In this document: one piece after another, positions 54,206 through 64,000 of the stretch
How the letters are laid out: each line of letters opens with the position of its first letter
Position numbering within the stretch: position 1 is the first letter of the stretch
NCBI GenBank assembly: GCA_963822445.1
Contig: CAWGHO010000001.1
Span: 544,001-608,000, forward strand
Reading direction: 5' to 3'
Length of the DNA stretch: 64,000 nucleotides
Source: an uncultured Acidobacteriota bacterium
GTDB lineage: Bacteria; Acidobacteriota; Thermoanaerobaculia; Gp7-AA8
The notes under the pieces: generated by a model
Seen by the model: the letters and a program-made list of their open reading frames with translations, nothing else
Told to the model about the DNA's origin: nothing
Database searches by the model: none
Position numbers and translations under genes: made by a program

Positions 54206-57200
54206 ATGTCATCAGTAGCTTTTGGCGCCAACATCGCCTTCATCGAAGAGCTGTATGAGAAGTATCGCAACGACCCGGGCTCGGTCAGCGCGAGCTGGCG
54301 GGAGTTTTTTGCGGATTACGATCCGGAAAGCGAGGAAGAGGAAGAACAAACTCCTCAATCCTCAATCCTCAATCCTCAATCCGTTTCCCCTCCCCCGCCC
54401 GAGGTAGGCCGGGAGGCCCACACTACACCGGCGGCGCCGCGGCCGACACCGGTGCCGGTGCCCGCTGCCCCCAAACCCGGCCAAACGCCTGTCGCGTTGC
54501 GCGGGGCGGCTTCGAAGATCGTCGCGAACATGGAGACGTCGCTCACCGTCCCCACGGCGACGTCGGTCCGCAACATCCCCGTCAAGGCCCTCGAGGAAAA
54601 CCGCCGCGTCATCAACAACCACCTCGCCCTGCAGGGGCAGTCGAAGGCGTCCTTCACGCACATCATCGCGTGGGCGCTGGTGAAGGCACTCAAAGACCAT
54701 CCGCGGATGAACTCCTCGTTCACGGTCGTCGACGGCGTCCCCAACCGCATCGACCGTGACGACGTGAACCTCGGCCTGGCCATCGACATCGAGCGCAAGG
54801 ACGGATCGCGCTCCCTGCTCGTCCCGAACGTGAAACGCGCGAACACGCTCGACTTCGCGCATTTCCTCAAGGCCTACAACGATCTCGTGCGCAAGGCGCG
54901 CGCGAACACGCTCGAAGTCGCCGATTTTGAAGGAACCTCGATCTCGCTCACGAATCCCGGCACGATCGGCACGGTCGCTTCCGTTCCGCGGCTGATGCAG
55001 ACCCAGGGAACGATCATCGCCACCGGCCAGATCGACTATCCCGCCGAATACTCGGCCGCCGATCCCAGCGTCCTCGCCGATCTCGGCATCTCCAAGATCA
55101 TGACGATGACGTCGACCTACGACCATCGCATCATCCAGGGAGCGGAATCGGGCGCGTTCCTGGCCCGCGTCCACGAGCTGCTCCTCGGCGCCGACGCGTT
55201 CTACGACGACATCTATCGCGACCTGCGCATCCCCTACGAGCCGGTGCGCTGGTCGAAAGACCGCCATCGCCTGCAGATCGGCAGCACGGCCACCGACGAC
55301 ATCGTCGCGCGCGAAGCCGCGGCCCTGCAGATCATCAACGCCTATCGCGTTCGCGGACACCTGCTCGCCGATCTCGATCCGCTCGAATACAAAGTCCATC
55401 GCCACCCGGAGCTCGATCCGCAGTTCTACGGCTTCACGCTCTGGGATCTCGATCGCGAGTTCGTCTGCGGCGGCCTTTGCGGAAAGCAGCAGGGCAAACT
55501 GCGGGCCATTCTCGACACCCTGCGCGAGACGTATTGCGGCAAGCTCGCGCCGGAGTACATGTTCATCCAGGAGACCGTGCAGAAGCGCTGGCTCCAGGAC
55601 CGGATGGAGCCGACGCGCAACAAGCAGCCGCTCGACGGCGCGACCAAGCGCCGCATCCTGATGAAGCTCAATGACGCCGAGGCGTTCGAGAAGTTTCTGC
55701 ACACGAAGTACGTCGGACACAAGCGGTTCTCGCTCGAAGGCGCGGAGTCGCTGATTCCGATGCTCGACGTGGTCTTCAACGAAGCGGCCTCGGACGGCGT
55801 GGTCGAAGGCGTGATCGGCATGGCTCACCGCGGCCGCCTGAACGTGCTCGCCAACACGCTCGGCAAGTCGTACGAGCAGATCTTCCGCGAGTTCGAAGGG
55901 GACATCGACCCGAACTCCCGCGAGGGCTCCGGCGACGTGAAGTACCACCTCGGCGCCGACGGCATGCATCAGACGCCCGGCGGCGAATTCATGAAGCTCT
56001 CGCTCGCATCGAACCCGTCGCACCTCGAGGCGGTCGATCCGATCGTCGAGGGAATGGTTCGCGCGAAGCAGCACCTGATCAACGATCGCAATCGCTCGCT
56101 CGTTCTGCCGGTGCTGCTGCATGGCGACGCGGCGTTCGCGGGACAGGGCGTCGTCGCGGAAACGCTGAACCTCTCCCAGCTTCAGGGCTATCGCACCGGC
56201 GGCACGATTCACATCGTCATCAACAACCAGATCGGGTTCACGACTGGTCCCGAGGCGGCGCGTTCATCCGTGTACGCGACCGACGTCGCGAAGATGGTGC
56301 AGGCGCCGATCTTCCACGTGAACGGCGATGATCCCGAGGCCTGCGTGCGTGCGGTCAAGCTCGCGTACGACTTCCGCCAGCAGTTTCACAAGGATGTCGT
56401 CATCGACCTGATCTGCTATCGCCGGCACGGCCACAACGAAGGCGACGAGCCGTCGCTGACGCAGCCGAAGATGTACAAGATGATCAAGGAGCATCGCTCG
56501 GTGCGGAAGATCTACACCGAACAGCTCCTGCGCAAAGGGGACATCAGCCCCGAGGAAGCCGAGCAGTGGCTCGATCAGTTCCAGGCGAAGCTGCAGGAAG
56601 CGTTCGACAAGACGAAGGAGCAGGAAGCGCCGGATCACGGCCGCGACCCGCTCTGGACCGACGAGGACGTGACCGGCTATCAGAAAGAGCCGTCGCCGGA
56701 CACCAGCATCAGCACCGAAGTGCTGGAGAAAGTTCGCGCCGCGCTCACGACCGCGCCGGAAGGCTTCACGCTGCATCCGAAGCTCAAGCCGGTGCTGGCG
56801 AAGCGCAAAGCGATGTCGGAAGGTGCGGAAGGGATGGACTGGGGGACGGCGGAACAGATCGCGTTCGGATCGCTGCTCGTCGACGGCTTTCGCGTGCGTC
56901 TCAGCGGACAGGACGTCGGCCGCGGCACCTTCTCGCACCGCCACTCCATCCTGTACGACAACGTGACCGGCGAAGGGTACGTGCCGCTCAACGCATTGCG
57001 GCGCGACGCGCAGCCGGCCGCCGCTGCCGATCCGGTGGTGATGGACAACGCACTGACGACGGAGACCAACGACGCCGTCGCGGAAGTCAGCTTCGCTGTC
57101 TACGACTCCCTGCTCTCCGAATACGGCGTCCTCGGATTCGAGTACGGCTACTCGGTCGCCGATCCGGGCGCGCTGGTGATCTGGGAAGCGCAGTTCGGCG

Positions 57201-57925
57201 ATTTCATGAACGGCGCGCAGATCATCATCGACCAGTTCCTCTCGTCCGCCGAAGAGAAGTGGGGACAGCACAGCGGTCTGGTGCTGAATCTGCCGCACGG
57301 TTACGAAGGCCAGGGTCCGGAGCATTCCTCGGCGCGGCTGGAACGGTTCCTCACGCTCTGCGCCGAGGGCAACATGCAGGTCATTTATCCAACGACGCCC
57401 GCGCAGTACTTCCATGCCCTGCGCCGGCAGATGAAGAACAATCCGCGCAAGCCGCTGATCGTGATGACGCCGAAGTCGCTGCTGCGCCATCCGATGGCAA
57501 CGTCGACTGTCGACGAGCTGACGTCGGGACGCTTCGAGCCGGTGCTGCACGACGTGGCCACGAGCGACGAAGTCCAGCGCGTCGTCCTCACCTCCGGCAA
57601 GGTTTACTACGACCTTCGCCAGGCGCGCGACAAGGCCAACGCCAAAGTGGCCATCCTGCGGCTCGAGCAGTACTACCCGTTCCCGCAGACGATGCTGTCC
57701 GAAGCGTTGCGCGGATATCCGAATGCGACCGAGATCCTGTGGGTGCAGGAAGAGCCGCGCAACATGGGCGCCTGGCCGTTCGTGCATGAGCGTTTGCAGG
57801 CCGTCATCGGCGGCAACCAGAAACTGCGCTACGTCGGCCGTCCGCTCGCGGCGGCACCGGCCACGGGATCGCATCACCGTCACGACGAGCAGCAGAAGGC
57901 GCTCGTCGATCGCGCCTTGTCGTGA
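54206..57925 (+). CDS. sucA: Multifunctional 2-oxoglutarate dehydrogenase (fused acyltransferase-E1, KGD/OdhA type)
   Basis: TYDHRIIQGAESG, KRFSLEG, GMAHRGRLN, HGDAAFAGQG, GHNEGDEP, PEHSSAR. Confidence 0.97.
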   Translation: MSSVAFGANIAFIEELYEKYRNDPGSVSASWREFFADYDPESEEEEEQTPQSSILNPQSVSPPPPEVGREAHTTPAAPRPTPVPVPAAPKPGQTPVALRGAASKIVANMETSLTVPTATSVRNIPVKALEENRRVINNHLALQGQSKASFTHIIAWALVKALKDHPRMNSSFTVVDGVPNRIDRDDVNLGLAIDIERKDGSRSLLVPNVKRANTLDFAHFLKAYNDLVRKARANTLEVADFEGTSISLTNPGTIGTVASVPRLMQTQGTIIATGQIDYPAEYSAADPSVLADLGISKIMTMTSTYDHRIIQGAESGAFLARVHELLLGADAFYDDIYRDLRIPYEPVRWSKDRHRLQIGSTATDDIVAREAAALQIINAYRVRGHLLADLDPLEYKVHRHPELDPQFYGFTLWDLDREFVCGGLCGKQQGKLRAILDTLRETYCGKLAPEYMFIQETVQKRWLQDRMEPTRNKQPLDGATKRRILMKLNDAEAFEKFLHTKYVGHKRFSLEGAESLIPMLDVVFNEAASDGVVEGVIGMAHRGRLNVLANTLGKSYEQIFREFEGDIDPNSREGSGDVKYHLGADGMHQTPGGEFMKLSLASNPSHLEAVDPIVEGMVRAKQHLINDRNRSLVLPVLLHGDAAFAGQGVVAETLNLSQLQGYRTGGTIHIVINNQIGFTTGPEAARSSVYATDVAKMVQAPIFHVNGDDPEACVRAVKLAYDFRQQFHKDVVIDLICYRRHGHNEGDEPSLTQPKMYKMIKEHRSVRKIYTEQLLRKGDISPEEAEQWLDQFQAKLQEAFDKTKEQEAPDHGRDPLWTDEDVTGYQKEPSPDTSISTEVLEKVRAALTTAPEGFTLHPKLKPVLAKRKAMSEGAEGMDWGTAEQIAFGSLLVDGFRVRLSGQDVGRGTFSHRHSILYDNVTGEGYVPLNALRRDAQPAAAADPVVMDNALTTETNDAVAEVSFAVYDSLLSEYGVLGFEYGYSVADPGALVIWEAQFGDFMNGAQIIIDQFLSSAEEKWGQHSGLVLNLPHGYEGQGPEHSSARLERFLTLCAEGNMQVIYPTTPAQYFHALRRQMKNNPRKPLIVMTPKSLLRHPMATSTVDELTSGRFEPVLHDVATSDEVQRVVLTSGKVYYDLRQARDKANAKVAILRLEQYYPFPQTMLSEALRGYPNATEILWVQEEPRNMGAWPFVHERLQAVIGGNQKLRYVGRPLAAAPATGSHHRHDEQQKALVDRALS
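54352..54382 (+). repeat. In-frame 7-bp tandem repeat (TCCTCAA)x4
   Basis: Encodes PQSSILNPQS in the N-terminal linker of KGD. Confidence 0.85.
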
Positions 57926-59400
57926 TCGGCGACGTGACCGGCGATTCCGCTCGACGACGATACGGAGCCCTCGTGGCTCCGTTTCTCTTTCTGGCAGCGG
58001 CTGTGGTGGGAGTGTTGCGATGGCAGGCCGCGCATCCGTTGCCGATGCGCTGGGACGAAGCGAACTACGTCAATTTCGCGATCGCCGATCACCGCTTCTT
58101 CGCCACCGGCGGATTGATGCGGGTCGTGAAAGCGCTGGTGTTCGAGGATCCGGTCCGTCCGCCCGCGTATCGCGCGCTGGCGTTGCCGGTGACGATGTTC
58201 GTCGAGCCGACGATGCCTCTGTTGCGGGCCATCTCGCTGATCGGAACGGCAATCGCGGCCTGGCTGCTCTATCTCGCCTGGCGGCGCGTGACCACGCCGT
58301 TTCCCGCCGCAACGATGGTCGCACTCACCTTCCTCACACCCGCCGTGCTCGTTTCGGCAGGCTGGTTCGGCACCGAGTATCCGCTGTTCATCGCGGTGGC
58401 CTTGCTGATGCTCGCGCTCATCCCGCGACCTTCCTTCCTTCCGCTGATGCTCTCCGTCGCCCTCGGCCTGCTTTCGAAATCGACGTTTTTCATGATCGCC
58501 GGCGCGCCGCTGGCGATGGCGGCCATGTTTGCGTGGCACGATCGCAACCGCCGCGACTTTCTGACGCTCGCCGGAGGCTCGCTGGCCGGCGCGGTGATCG
58601 CCTCGGGCTGGTGGATCTGGCACGTGCAGCCGGCTCTCGCATTCGCGCAGTACGGCCGGATCTTTCCGCGCGAAGCGACGGATTCGATCGTCGAGAAGCT
58701 GCGGGAGCTCGTCGTTCCCGGCTTCGGCGCGGCGATGTTCGTGGCCATGTTGTTGCTCGTCGTGGCCTCGATTCGCACGAGCGGCACACGGGCTCGCTGG
58801 CTCGCGGCCGCGGCCTCGCTTCCCCTGATCGCGTTCGCCTTTTTCTCGCCGGCGTTCACGGCCCGGCATCTCTCCCCCGCCTTGTTGACCCTACCGATGC
58901 TCGCGTTGCCCGTGCTGGAGAAACGGTCGCGTCTCGCGATGATCGCTCTCGGCATCGCAGCGCTTCAGGCGATTGCACTCGTCGTCGCGCCGTTGCGTGT
59001 GCTGCCGCATGTCGAACAAACCGATTTCGCCGTCCTGCGTACGCTCATCCCCGGGCCTCGCCCGAAGATCGCGTATCTCGGCGGATGGAGCTCGCTTTCG
59101 CCGCCCGAGGTCCGTCACGCGTGGGTCCGCAATGGTCAGGATGCGGAGGTGGGATGGCTGTGGAACTGCGAGGATCCGCCGATCGACTGGCAGAAGGTCA
59201 TGGCCACCGCGCTCGATGCCGATAGCGTGTTTGTCGTTGCGCCGGAGGCGTCGTCGCGCGAAGCGTTCACCCAGTGCGACAACGCACACAATCGCGAATT
59301 CATCGAGCGCATCAACGCAAGCGGCAGGTTCGCGACACCGGTCCGCGTGCCGATCGGGAATCGCGAACGCGCCGAAGTCCTCGTCTTCGCGAAGCGCTGA
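57922..59400 (+). CDS. Membrane protein, GT-C/glycosyltransferase family 39-like
   Basis: WDEANY and RPPAY in the first loop, many TM helices, LGLLSK. Confidence 0.65.
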   Translation: MIGDVTGDSARRRYGALVAPFLFLAAAVVGVLRWQAAHPLPMRWDEANYVNFAIADHRFFATGGLMRVVKALVFEDPVRPPAYRALALPVTMFVEPTMPLLRAISLIGTAIAAWLLYLAWRRVTTPFPAATMVALTFLTPAVLVSAGWFGTEYPLFIAVALLMLALIPRPSFLPLMLSVALGLLSKSTFFMIAGAPLAMAAMFAWHDRNRRDFLTLAGGSLAGAVIASGWWIWHVQPALAFAQYGRIFPREATDSIVEKLRELVVPGFGAAMFVAMLLLVVASIRTSGTRARWLAAAASLPLIAFAFFSPAFTARHLSPALLTLPMLALPVLEKRSRLAMIALGIAALQAIALVVAPLRVLPHVEQTDFAVLRTLIPGPRPKIAYLGGWSSLSPPEVRHAWVRNGQDAEVGWLWNCEDPPIDWQKVMATALDADSVFVVAPEASSREAFTQCDNAHNREFIERINASGRFATPVRVPIGNRERAEVLVFAKR

Positions 59401-59844
59401 TCAGATCTCGAGCAGAGGCAGCGTCCGATCGGGCGCGCCCGGCATCGGACCGGCCACATCGCCCACGCGCCGCGCTCCGAGCTTGATGTAGAAGCCGAGC
59501 GCATTCGGATCGGCGACGACCATCATCACGCCAGGCGCGGAGTTGCGCGCGTGCTCGACGAGCGCCCGCCCCACACCGCGTCCATGCACTTCCGGATCGA
59601 CCCACACGTGCTCGAGCATCACCCGCTCATCGGCTTCCTGCAGTTGGCAGACGCCGACGACTTTGTCGCCGAGGGAGGCGACGAAAGTGGGATGGCGATC
59701 GATCATCTCCGCGGTGATCGACAGATCGGCGTGCCATGAGTCCAGCCATTCCGCGGGATAGTTCCAGTGAGCCTTCGCCGCGCGTGCGAGCTCGGTGGCG
59801 CGCTCGGAATCGGAGGGCGTCGCACGGCGGATCTGGATCGGCAT
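59401..59844 (-). CDS. GNAT acetyltransferase
   Basis: WVDPEVHGRGVG, ADPNALGFY. Confidence 0.9.
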   Translation of the reverse strand: MPIQIRRATPSDSERATELARAAKAHWNYPAEWLDSWHADLSITAEMIDRHPTFVASLGDKVVGVCQLQEADERVMLEHVWVDPEVHGRGVGRALVEHARNSAPGVMMVVADPNALGFYIKLGARRVGDVAGPMPGAPDRTLPLLEI

Positions 59845-59862
59845 GGGCGCGATTATGCGCTC

Positions 59863-60333
59863 TTAGCCAAGCAGTTGGCGATGCCAGGATTCAGCCGCCG
59901 GACGTTCCCAGGCACCGGTGCGGACCGAGCCGAGCTGCTCCGCGGTGACGTCGAAAACCGGCGTAGCGAGGTCAGCGGCGTTGCGGAACTCCTGGCGAGG
60001 CACGGCGCGAATCTGGCCGTTATCGCGCAGGAAAATCCGGTTCGCGTCGAGGATCTGCACGCCGAGCTCGCGCTCGAGCTCGCGGAGCACGCCGAACATC
60101 CGGTCGATCGAGCACCCCGAGCGCTCGCTGGTCTCATCGGCGGCGATGATCAGAAAACTCCCCTCGCGCAGGTCGCGCCCGCCACGGATGGGATTGCCGT
60201 GGGCGGCCCATTGGTCGAGAAAGGCATCGACCTTCGAAAGCAGCCTCGCCTGCTGCCCCTCATCGAGGGCGGGCGAGACTCCGAAGATCCAGACGTGAGC
60301 GTTGTTGGAGAGCTGATTGATGTCGACGCGCAT
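59863..60333 (-). CDS. Conserved hypothetical protein
   Basis: VWIF, WAAHG, SGCSID, ESWH pattern; function not recognised. Confidence 0.7.
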   Translation of the reverse strand: MRVDINQLSNNAHVWIFGVSPALDEGQQARLLSKVDAFLDQWAAHGNPIRGGRDLREGSFLIIAADETSERSGCSIDRMFGVLRELERELGVQILDANRIFLRDNGQIRAVPRQEFRNAADLATPVFDVTAEQLGSVRTGAWERPAAESWHRQLLG

Positions 60334-60376
60334 GGTTGGGAAATGAACGATTGCCGTTGCCGTTAAACTCCCCGCC

Positions 60377-60835
60377 GTGAGCATCGCCCGCATCCTCGAC
60401 ATGCTGACCGCCCGCCCCGCTGAGCCGCAACCGCGGCAGAAGCACGACCCCCTGCCGCTGGCCACGGCCGCGGTGCTGCTCGACATCGCCTACGCCGACG
60501 GCGCGTTCAGTCCGGCCGAGGATGGCAATGTCGTGGGATTCCTCACCGAGCGGTTCAAGCTCGACGCCGCCGATGCCAAGGAACTGCTCGAAGCCGCGGA
60601 CGAGATCCGCCGCAACATGGTCGACCACTTCGCCCTCACCCACTACATCCGCAAGAACACCCCGCTGCACGAGCGGATCGACATCGTGAAGACGATGTGG
60701 CGCCTCGTCTACAGCGACGGCAAGCTGACCGATTACGAGGGCTACCTGGTGCGCAAGATCGCCGACCTGCTCGGCCTCGAGCATCGAGTGATGATCGATG
60801 CAAAGTCGGCGGTGCTGGATGAGCTTGGGCGCTGA
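60377..60835 (+). CDS. TerB family protein
   Basis: IAYADGAFSPAE, LVYSDGKL..YE..LVRKIADLL. Confidence 0.85.
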   Translation: MSIARILDMLTARPAEPQPRQKHDPLPLATAAVLLDIAYADGAFSPAEDGNVVGFLTERFKLDAADAKELLEAADEIRRNMVDHFALTHYIRKNTPLHERIDIVKTMWRLVYSDGKLTDYEGYLVRKIADLLGLEHRVMIDAKSAVLDELGR

Positions 60836-60927
60836 GTTACGGGGTTGCGGGGTTACGAGGGAGAGCCGACACCTGACGACATCGGGGCTCCCTCGAAACC
60901 CCGTAACCTCGAAACCCCGAAACGCAA
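60836..60927. repeat. Second inverted 8-bp repeat array between convergent genes
   Basis: GTTACGGG-GTTGCGGG-GTTACGAG...CTCGAAAC-CCCGTAAC-CTCGAAAC-CCCGAAAC. Confidence 0.85.
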
Positions 60928-61971
60928 CTACGCCTGTGTCAGCAACGCGAACCCGATCATCTTGTAGAGCAGCCGCGCGCCGACGTTCGCGTCCCACTCC
61001 GTCTCGCCCGGCGACACTTCGCAGAGATCGAGGCCGACGATCCGCTTGCGCGAGCGCTTCACCGCGCGCAGCAGCGCGATGGCCTCGTTCCACGACAGAC
61101 CGCCCGGCACCGGCGTGCCCGTGCCGGGGCACAGCGTCGGATCGAGACCGTCGATGTCCCACGACAGATAGATGTCGTATGGCAGCGCGGAGACGATGTC
61201 GTCGGCGATCTTCGCGAAGGCGATCCCGTCGTCTTTGCGCCGGGAGATGTCGGCGTCGAAGAAGGTCACGATCTGTCCTTCGAACGACTCGATCATCCGC
61301 CGCTCGCTCTCGCCGAGATCGCGAACGCCGACCTGCACCAGCCGCCCGACATTGGGGATCTTCGTCATCACGTTGTTGAAGATCGAGGCGTGCGACCAGG
61401 TGAAGCCCTCGTACGCATCGCGCAGATCGGCGTGCGCGTCGAGATGAAGGATGCCCAGGTCGGGATAGGTCTCGGCGTACGCGCGGATCGCGCCGAAGGG
61501 CACGGCGTGGTCGCCGCCGAGGATCACCGGCATCTTGCCGGCGTCGAGAAGCTCGCGGGTCTGTTCGTACACCCACTCGTTGAGCTGATCGCCGTACGCG
61601 TTCACACGATCGGCAGCCTCGCGGGTTTTCTTGTCAACCGGCCCGCCCTTCTCGATGACCGTCGCCGCGAGCGCCTTCGCTTCGCGGTTCCAGCGCGCGA
61701 CATTCCGCGGGATGGGCAGCATGGCGATTCCGCTCGCGTACGGCTTGCCCGTTTCGTGATCGAACAGATCGACCTGACGCGAGGCTTCGAGCACCGCCGC
61801 GGGACCTTTCGACGTTCCGCCGCCGTAAGAGGTCGTGGCCTCGAACGGCACCGGCACGATCACGACCTTCGAATCCTCGGGCGCGAACGGCAGGCCGTAG
61901 ATGCCGGAGCCTTCGATCGCCGGCGCGTCGGGATCGAAGTTCTTGGGCAGGATCTTTTTCGCTTTCGCCAC
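60928..61971 (-). CDS. speB: Agmatinase/ureohydrolase family protein
   Basis: GGDHA, DAHAD, DIDGLDP..CPGTGTPVPGG. Confidence 0.88.
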   Translation of the reverse strand: MAKAKKILPKNFDPDAPAIEGSGIYGLPFAPEDSKVVIVPVPFEATTSYGGGTSKGPAAVLEASRQVDLFDHETGKPYASGIAMLPIPRNVARWNREAKALAATVIEKGGPVDKKTREAADRVNAYGDQLNEWVYEQTRELLDAGKMPVILGGDHAVPFGAIRAYAETYPDLGILHLDAHADLRDAYEGFTWSHASIFNNVMTKIPNVGRLVQVGVRDLGESERRMIESFEGQIVTFFDADISRRKDDGIAFAKIADDIVSALPYDIYLSWDIDGLDPTLCPGTGTPVPGGLSWNEAIALLRAVKRSRKRIVGLDLCEVSPGETEWDANVGARLLYKMIGFALLTQA

Positions 61972-62264
61972 TAATCGAGATCGAACGGATTCACGTGCTT
62001 CTCCGTCGACTTCTCCGCGCGCTGCATCGCTTCCTTGAATTTCTCTTCCAGAATTCTGGAGCGATCCTTCTGGCTCTCGAGCTGCCGCTCGAAGCGCTTC
62101 TCCGCCTCGGTGCGCTGCGTCTCGAGGCCGGCAACCATCGATTCGAGCGAGCCGCCCGGGCCGCGATGCTCCTTCGCCTTGTGCAGCAGGATCTCGCCGG
62201 TCAACCGGTCGACGACGATCGTCGCCTCGCAGCAGGGACAGAGGATCTCGAAGTTCTTGGCCAT
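61971..62264 (-). CDS. Small hypothetical protein with CPCC motif and coiled coil
   Basis: Translationally coupled between neighbouring genes. Confidence 0.75.
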   Translation of the reverse strand: MAKNFEILCPCCEATIVVDRLTGEILLHKAKEHRGPGGSLESMVAGLETQRTEAEKRFERQLESQKDRSRILEEKFKEAMQRAEKSTEKHVNPFDLD

Positions 62265-62276
62265 GGCTGGGCGATT

Positions 62277-63401
62277 CTAACGCGCGAGGGCGTTCTGCAG
62301 ATCGTCGATCAGGTCCTGCGGATGCTCGAGCCCGACCGAAACGCGAAGCAGATTCTGGGCGGTGCGGCTTCCCGGTCCTTCGCTGGAGTTGCGATGCTCG
62401 ATCAGACTCTCCACCCCGCCCAGGGACGTGGCCCGTACGAAAAGCCGCATCTTCGCGGTCACCGCCAGCGCCTCTTCCCGTCCACCGCGCACGAGAAACG
62501 ACAGCATTCCGCCGAATGCGGACATCTGTCGTTTCGCCACGTCATGCCGCTGATGCGTTTCCAGTCCCGGGTAGAACACCATTTCGACGCGAGGGTGCGT
62601 CGTCAGAAAACGCGCAACGAGCATCGCGTTCTCGCTCTGCACGCGCATGCGTGCGGACAGCGTGCGAAGCCCGCGCAGGACCAGCCAGGCATTGAACGGT
62701 GAAGCAACGCCGCCGACGAGCTTGCGCACATGCTCGATCCTGTCGAACAGCTCATCACGCGTGCGAAAAGTGAGCGATCCGCCCTGCACGTCGCTGTGGC
62801 CGCCCATGTATTTCGTCGTCGAGTGCAGCACCAGATCTGCGCCGAGCTCGATCGGCCGCTGCAACGCCGGCGTGGCGAAGGTGCCGTCGGCAAGAAACAG
62901 CGCGCCGCGCGAATGGGCGAGCTCCGCGAGCGCCGCGAGATCGACGACTTTCATCAGAGGATTCGATGGCGACTCCGCCCACACGATCCGCGTCCCGCTT
63001 CGCATCGCCTTCCGCACCGCATCGATGTCTTCCATCGCCACGGCATCCCAGGTCAATCCCCACTGGCTGAAGAAATCCTCGGCCAGAACGCGATAGCCGT
63101 AGTAGGCATCGTCCGGCAGAAGGACGTGTGATCCGCGCGGCAGCGACTGCAGCACCGCCGCACCGGCGGCCATGCCCGAGGCGAAGAAGAGGGCGGCGGC
63201 GCCGGAATCGATGTCCGCCAAGGCCTCCTCCAGGCGATTCTGGGTGGGATTGCCATCGCGCACGTAACTGAAGCCATGCGACGGCTCCCCTTCCGCCGTT
63301 CGCTCGAAAGTCGTGGAAAGATGGATGGGCGGCGCGATCGCACCAGTCTCCGCATCCGGTCTGTTCCCGCTGTGGACCAGTTTCGTGTTGATATGCATCA
63401 C
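62277..63401 (-). CDS. Cystathionine gamma-synthase/lyase family PLP enzyme
   Basis: SGMAA, ESPSNP, HSTTKYMGGHSD, TSLGGVES. Confidence 0.93.
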   Translation of the reverse strand: MMHINTKLVHSGNRPDAETGAIAPPIHLSTTFERTAEGEPSHGFSYVRDGNPTQNRLEEALADIDSGAAALFFASGMAAGAAVLQSLPRGSHVLLPDDAYYGYRVLAEDFFSQWGLTWDAVAMEDIDAVRKAMRSGTRIVWAESPSNPLMKVVDLAALAELAHSRGALFLADGTFATPALQRPIELGADLVLHSTTKYMGGHSDVQGGSLTFRTRDELFDRIEHVRKLVGGVASPFNAWLVLRGLRTLSARMRVQSENAMLVARFLTTHPRVEMVFYPGLETHQRHDVAKRQMSAFGGMLSFLVRGGREEALAVTAKMRLFVRATSLGGVESLIEHRNSSEGPGSRTAQNLLRVSVGLEHPQDLIDDLQNALAR

Positions 63402-63465
63402 CGCAATCTACCAGCGGTGGAGTCTGGCAAGAGTCTCGCTGTTGAGCTGCATCGGGGGCGATGTA

Positions 63466-64000
63466 ATGGCCCATGGAAGACAGGCGTTCATTCTCACGCT
63501 CGACGACGACGAAGCCGTCGGAGCGTTCGTAAAGGCCGCGCTCCCCGGCACGCGCTTCCGGACGACATGGAGCGGCGACGTCGCCGGCGCCATCAGCGTG
63601 GTCGAGAATGAGCCACCGGATCTCGCGATCATCGACATCGACCTGAACGCGGGCGGCACCGGCTGGGAGCTCCTGCGATTCCTGCGCACGAATCCCGACA
63701 CCGCGAACGTTCCCGTGGTCATGCTGACCGGCGCGTCGGACACGCTCAATCGCGAGCGCTCCCTGCGCCTGGGCGCCGACCGCTATCTGATCAAGCCCGT
63801 TCGGCCCGAAACGCTCCGCCGCGTCCTCGACGAGATGCTGTCGATCCGCGACGACATGTGGTGGACGATGACCCTGAACACCGATCAGGTGTCGCGGATG
63901 CGCGATCTCTTCGTCGACCCGACCACGGACGTCGCCACGCTCGCCGTGGTGGTCGACGATCTCCGCAAGCTGATCGAGAGCGGTGAAACGCTGCAGGTGT
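63466..64000 (+). CDS. Response regulator receiver protein (partial, runs off the window)
   Basis: LDDD, PDLAIIDIDL, PVVMLT, YLIKP, read manually from ATG 63466. Confidence 0.85.
   Translation, partial: MAHGRQAFILTLDDDEAVGAFVKAALPGTRFRTTWSGDVAGAISVVENEPPDLAIIDIDLNAGGTGWELLRFLRTNPDTANVPVVMLTGASDTLNRERSLRLGADRYLIKPVRPETLRRVLDEMLSIRDDMWWTMTLNTDQVSRMRDLFVDPTTDVATLAVVVDDLRKLIESGETLQV

Noticed and set aside
54206-57925. E2-E1 fusion in 2-oxoglutarate dehydrogenase as a novelty
   Set aside because: Established KGD/OdhA architecture

Overview
High-GC bacterial window. The 16S sequence and gene style suggest Acidobacteriota, possibly Thermoanaerobaculia; this is an inference that needs a 16S classification. 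0.2-5.4 kb: a complete minus-strand rRNA operon (16S-23S-5S) with no spacer tRNAs. 6-17.4 kb: a nucleoside-catabolism-like cluster containing a hexose-oxidase/BBE-type flavin oxidase, a single-chain eukaryote-style molybdo-flavoenzyme with aldehyde-oxidase-like residues, two divergent nucleoside hydrolases, and deoC plus two ALDH genes carrying many frameshifts. 17.5-23.8 kb: a kelch protein, an NHLP-clan small protein, a beta-barrel, a PAS-DUF4388 protein and an XRE regulator with an array of palindromic operators upstream. 23.9-51.0 kb: an accessory region bracketed by two degenerate tRNA-Asp 3' halves. It holds several defence/conflict-like genes (TPR-STAND-NYN, stand-alone SIR2-like, SIR2-STAND-TPR, TIR-TM-trypsin, wHTH-STAND-TPR) mixed with ABC/M1 peptidase, DsbD/redoxin, HEAT plus metalloprotease, and DHFR-like genes. 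51-64 kb: ordinary core genes (AI-2E, TrxC, GNATs, PAP2, fused kgd/sucA, TerB, agmatinase, cystathionine gamma-synthase/lyase, response regulator). Several REP-like palindromes or short tandem repeats occur, some in-frame inside genes. All family calls come from motif recognition only; no database searches were run.
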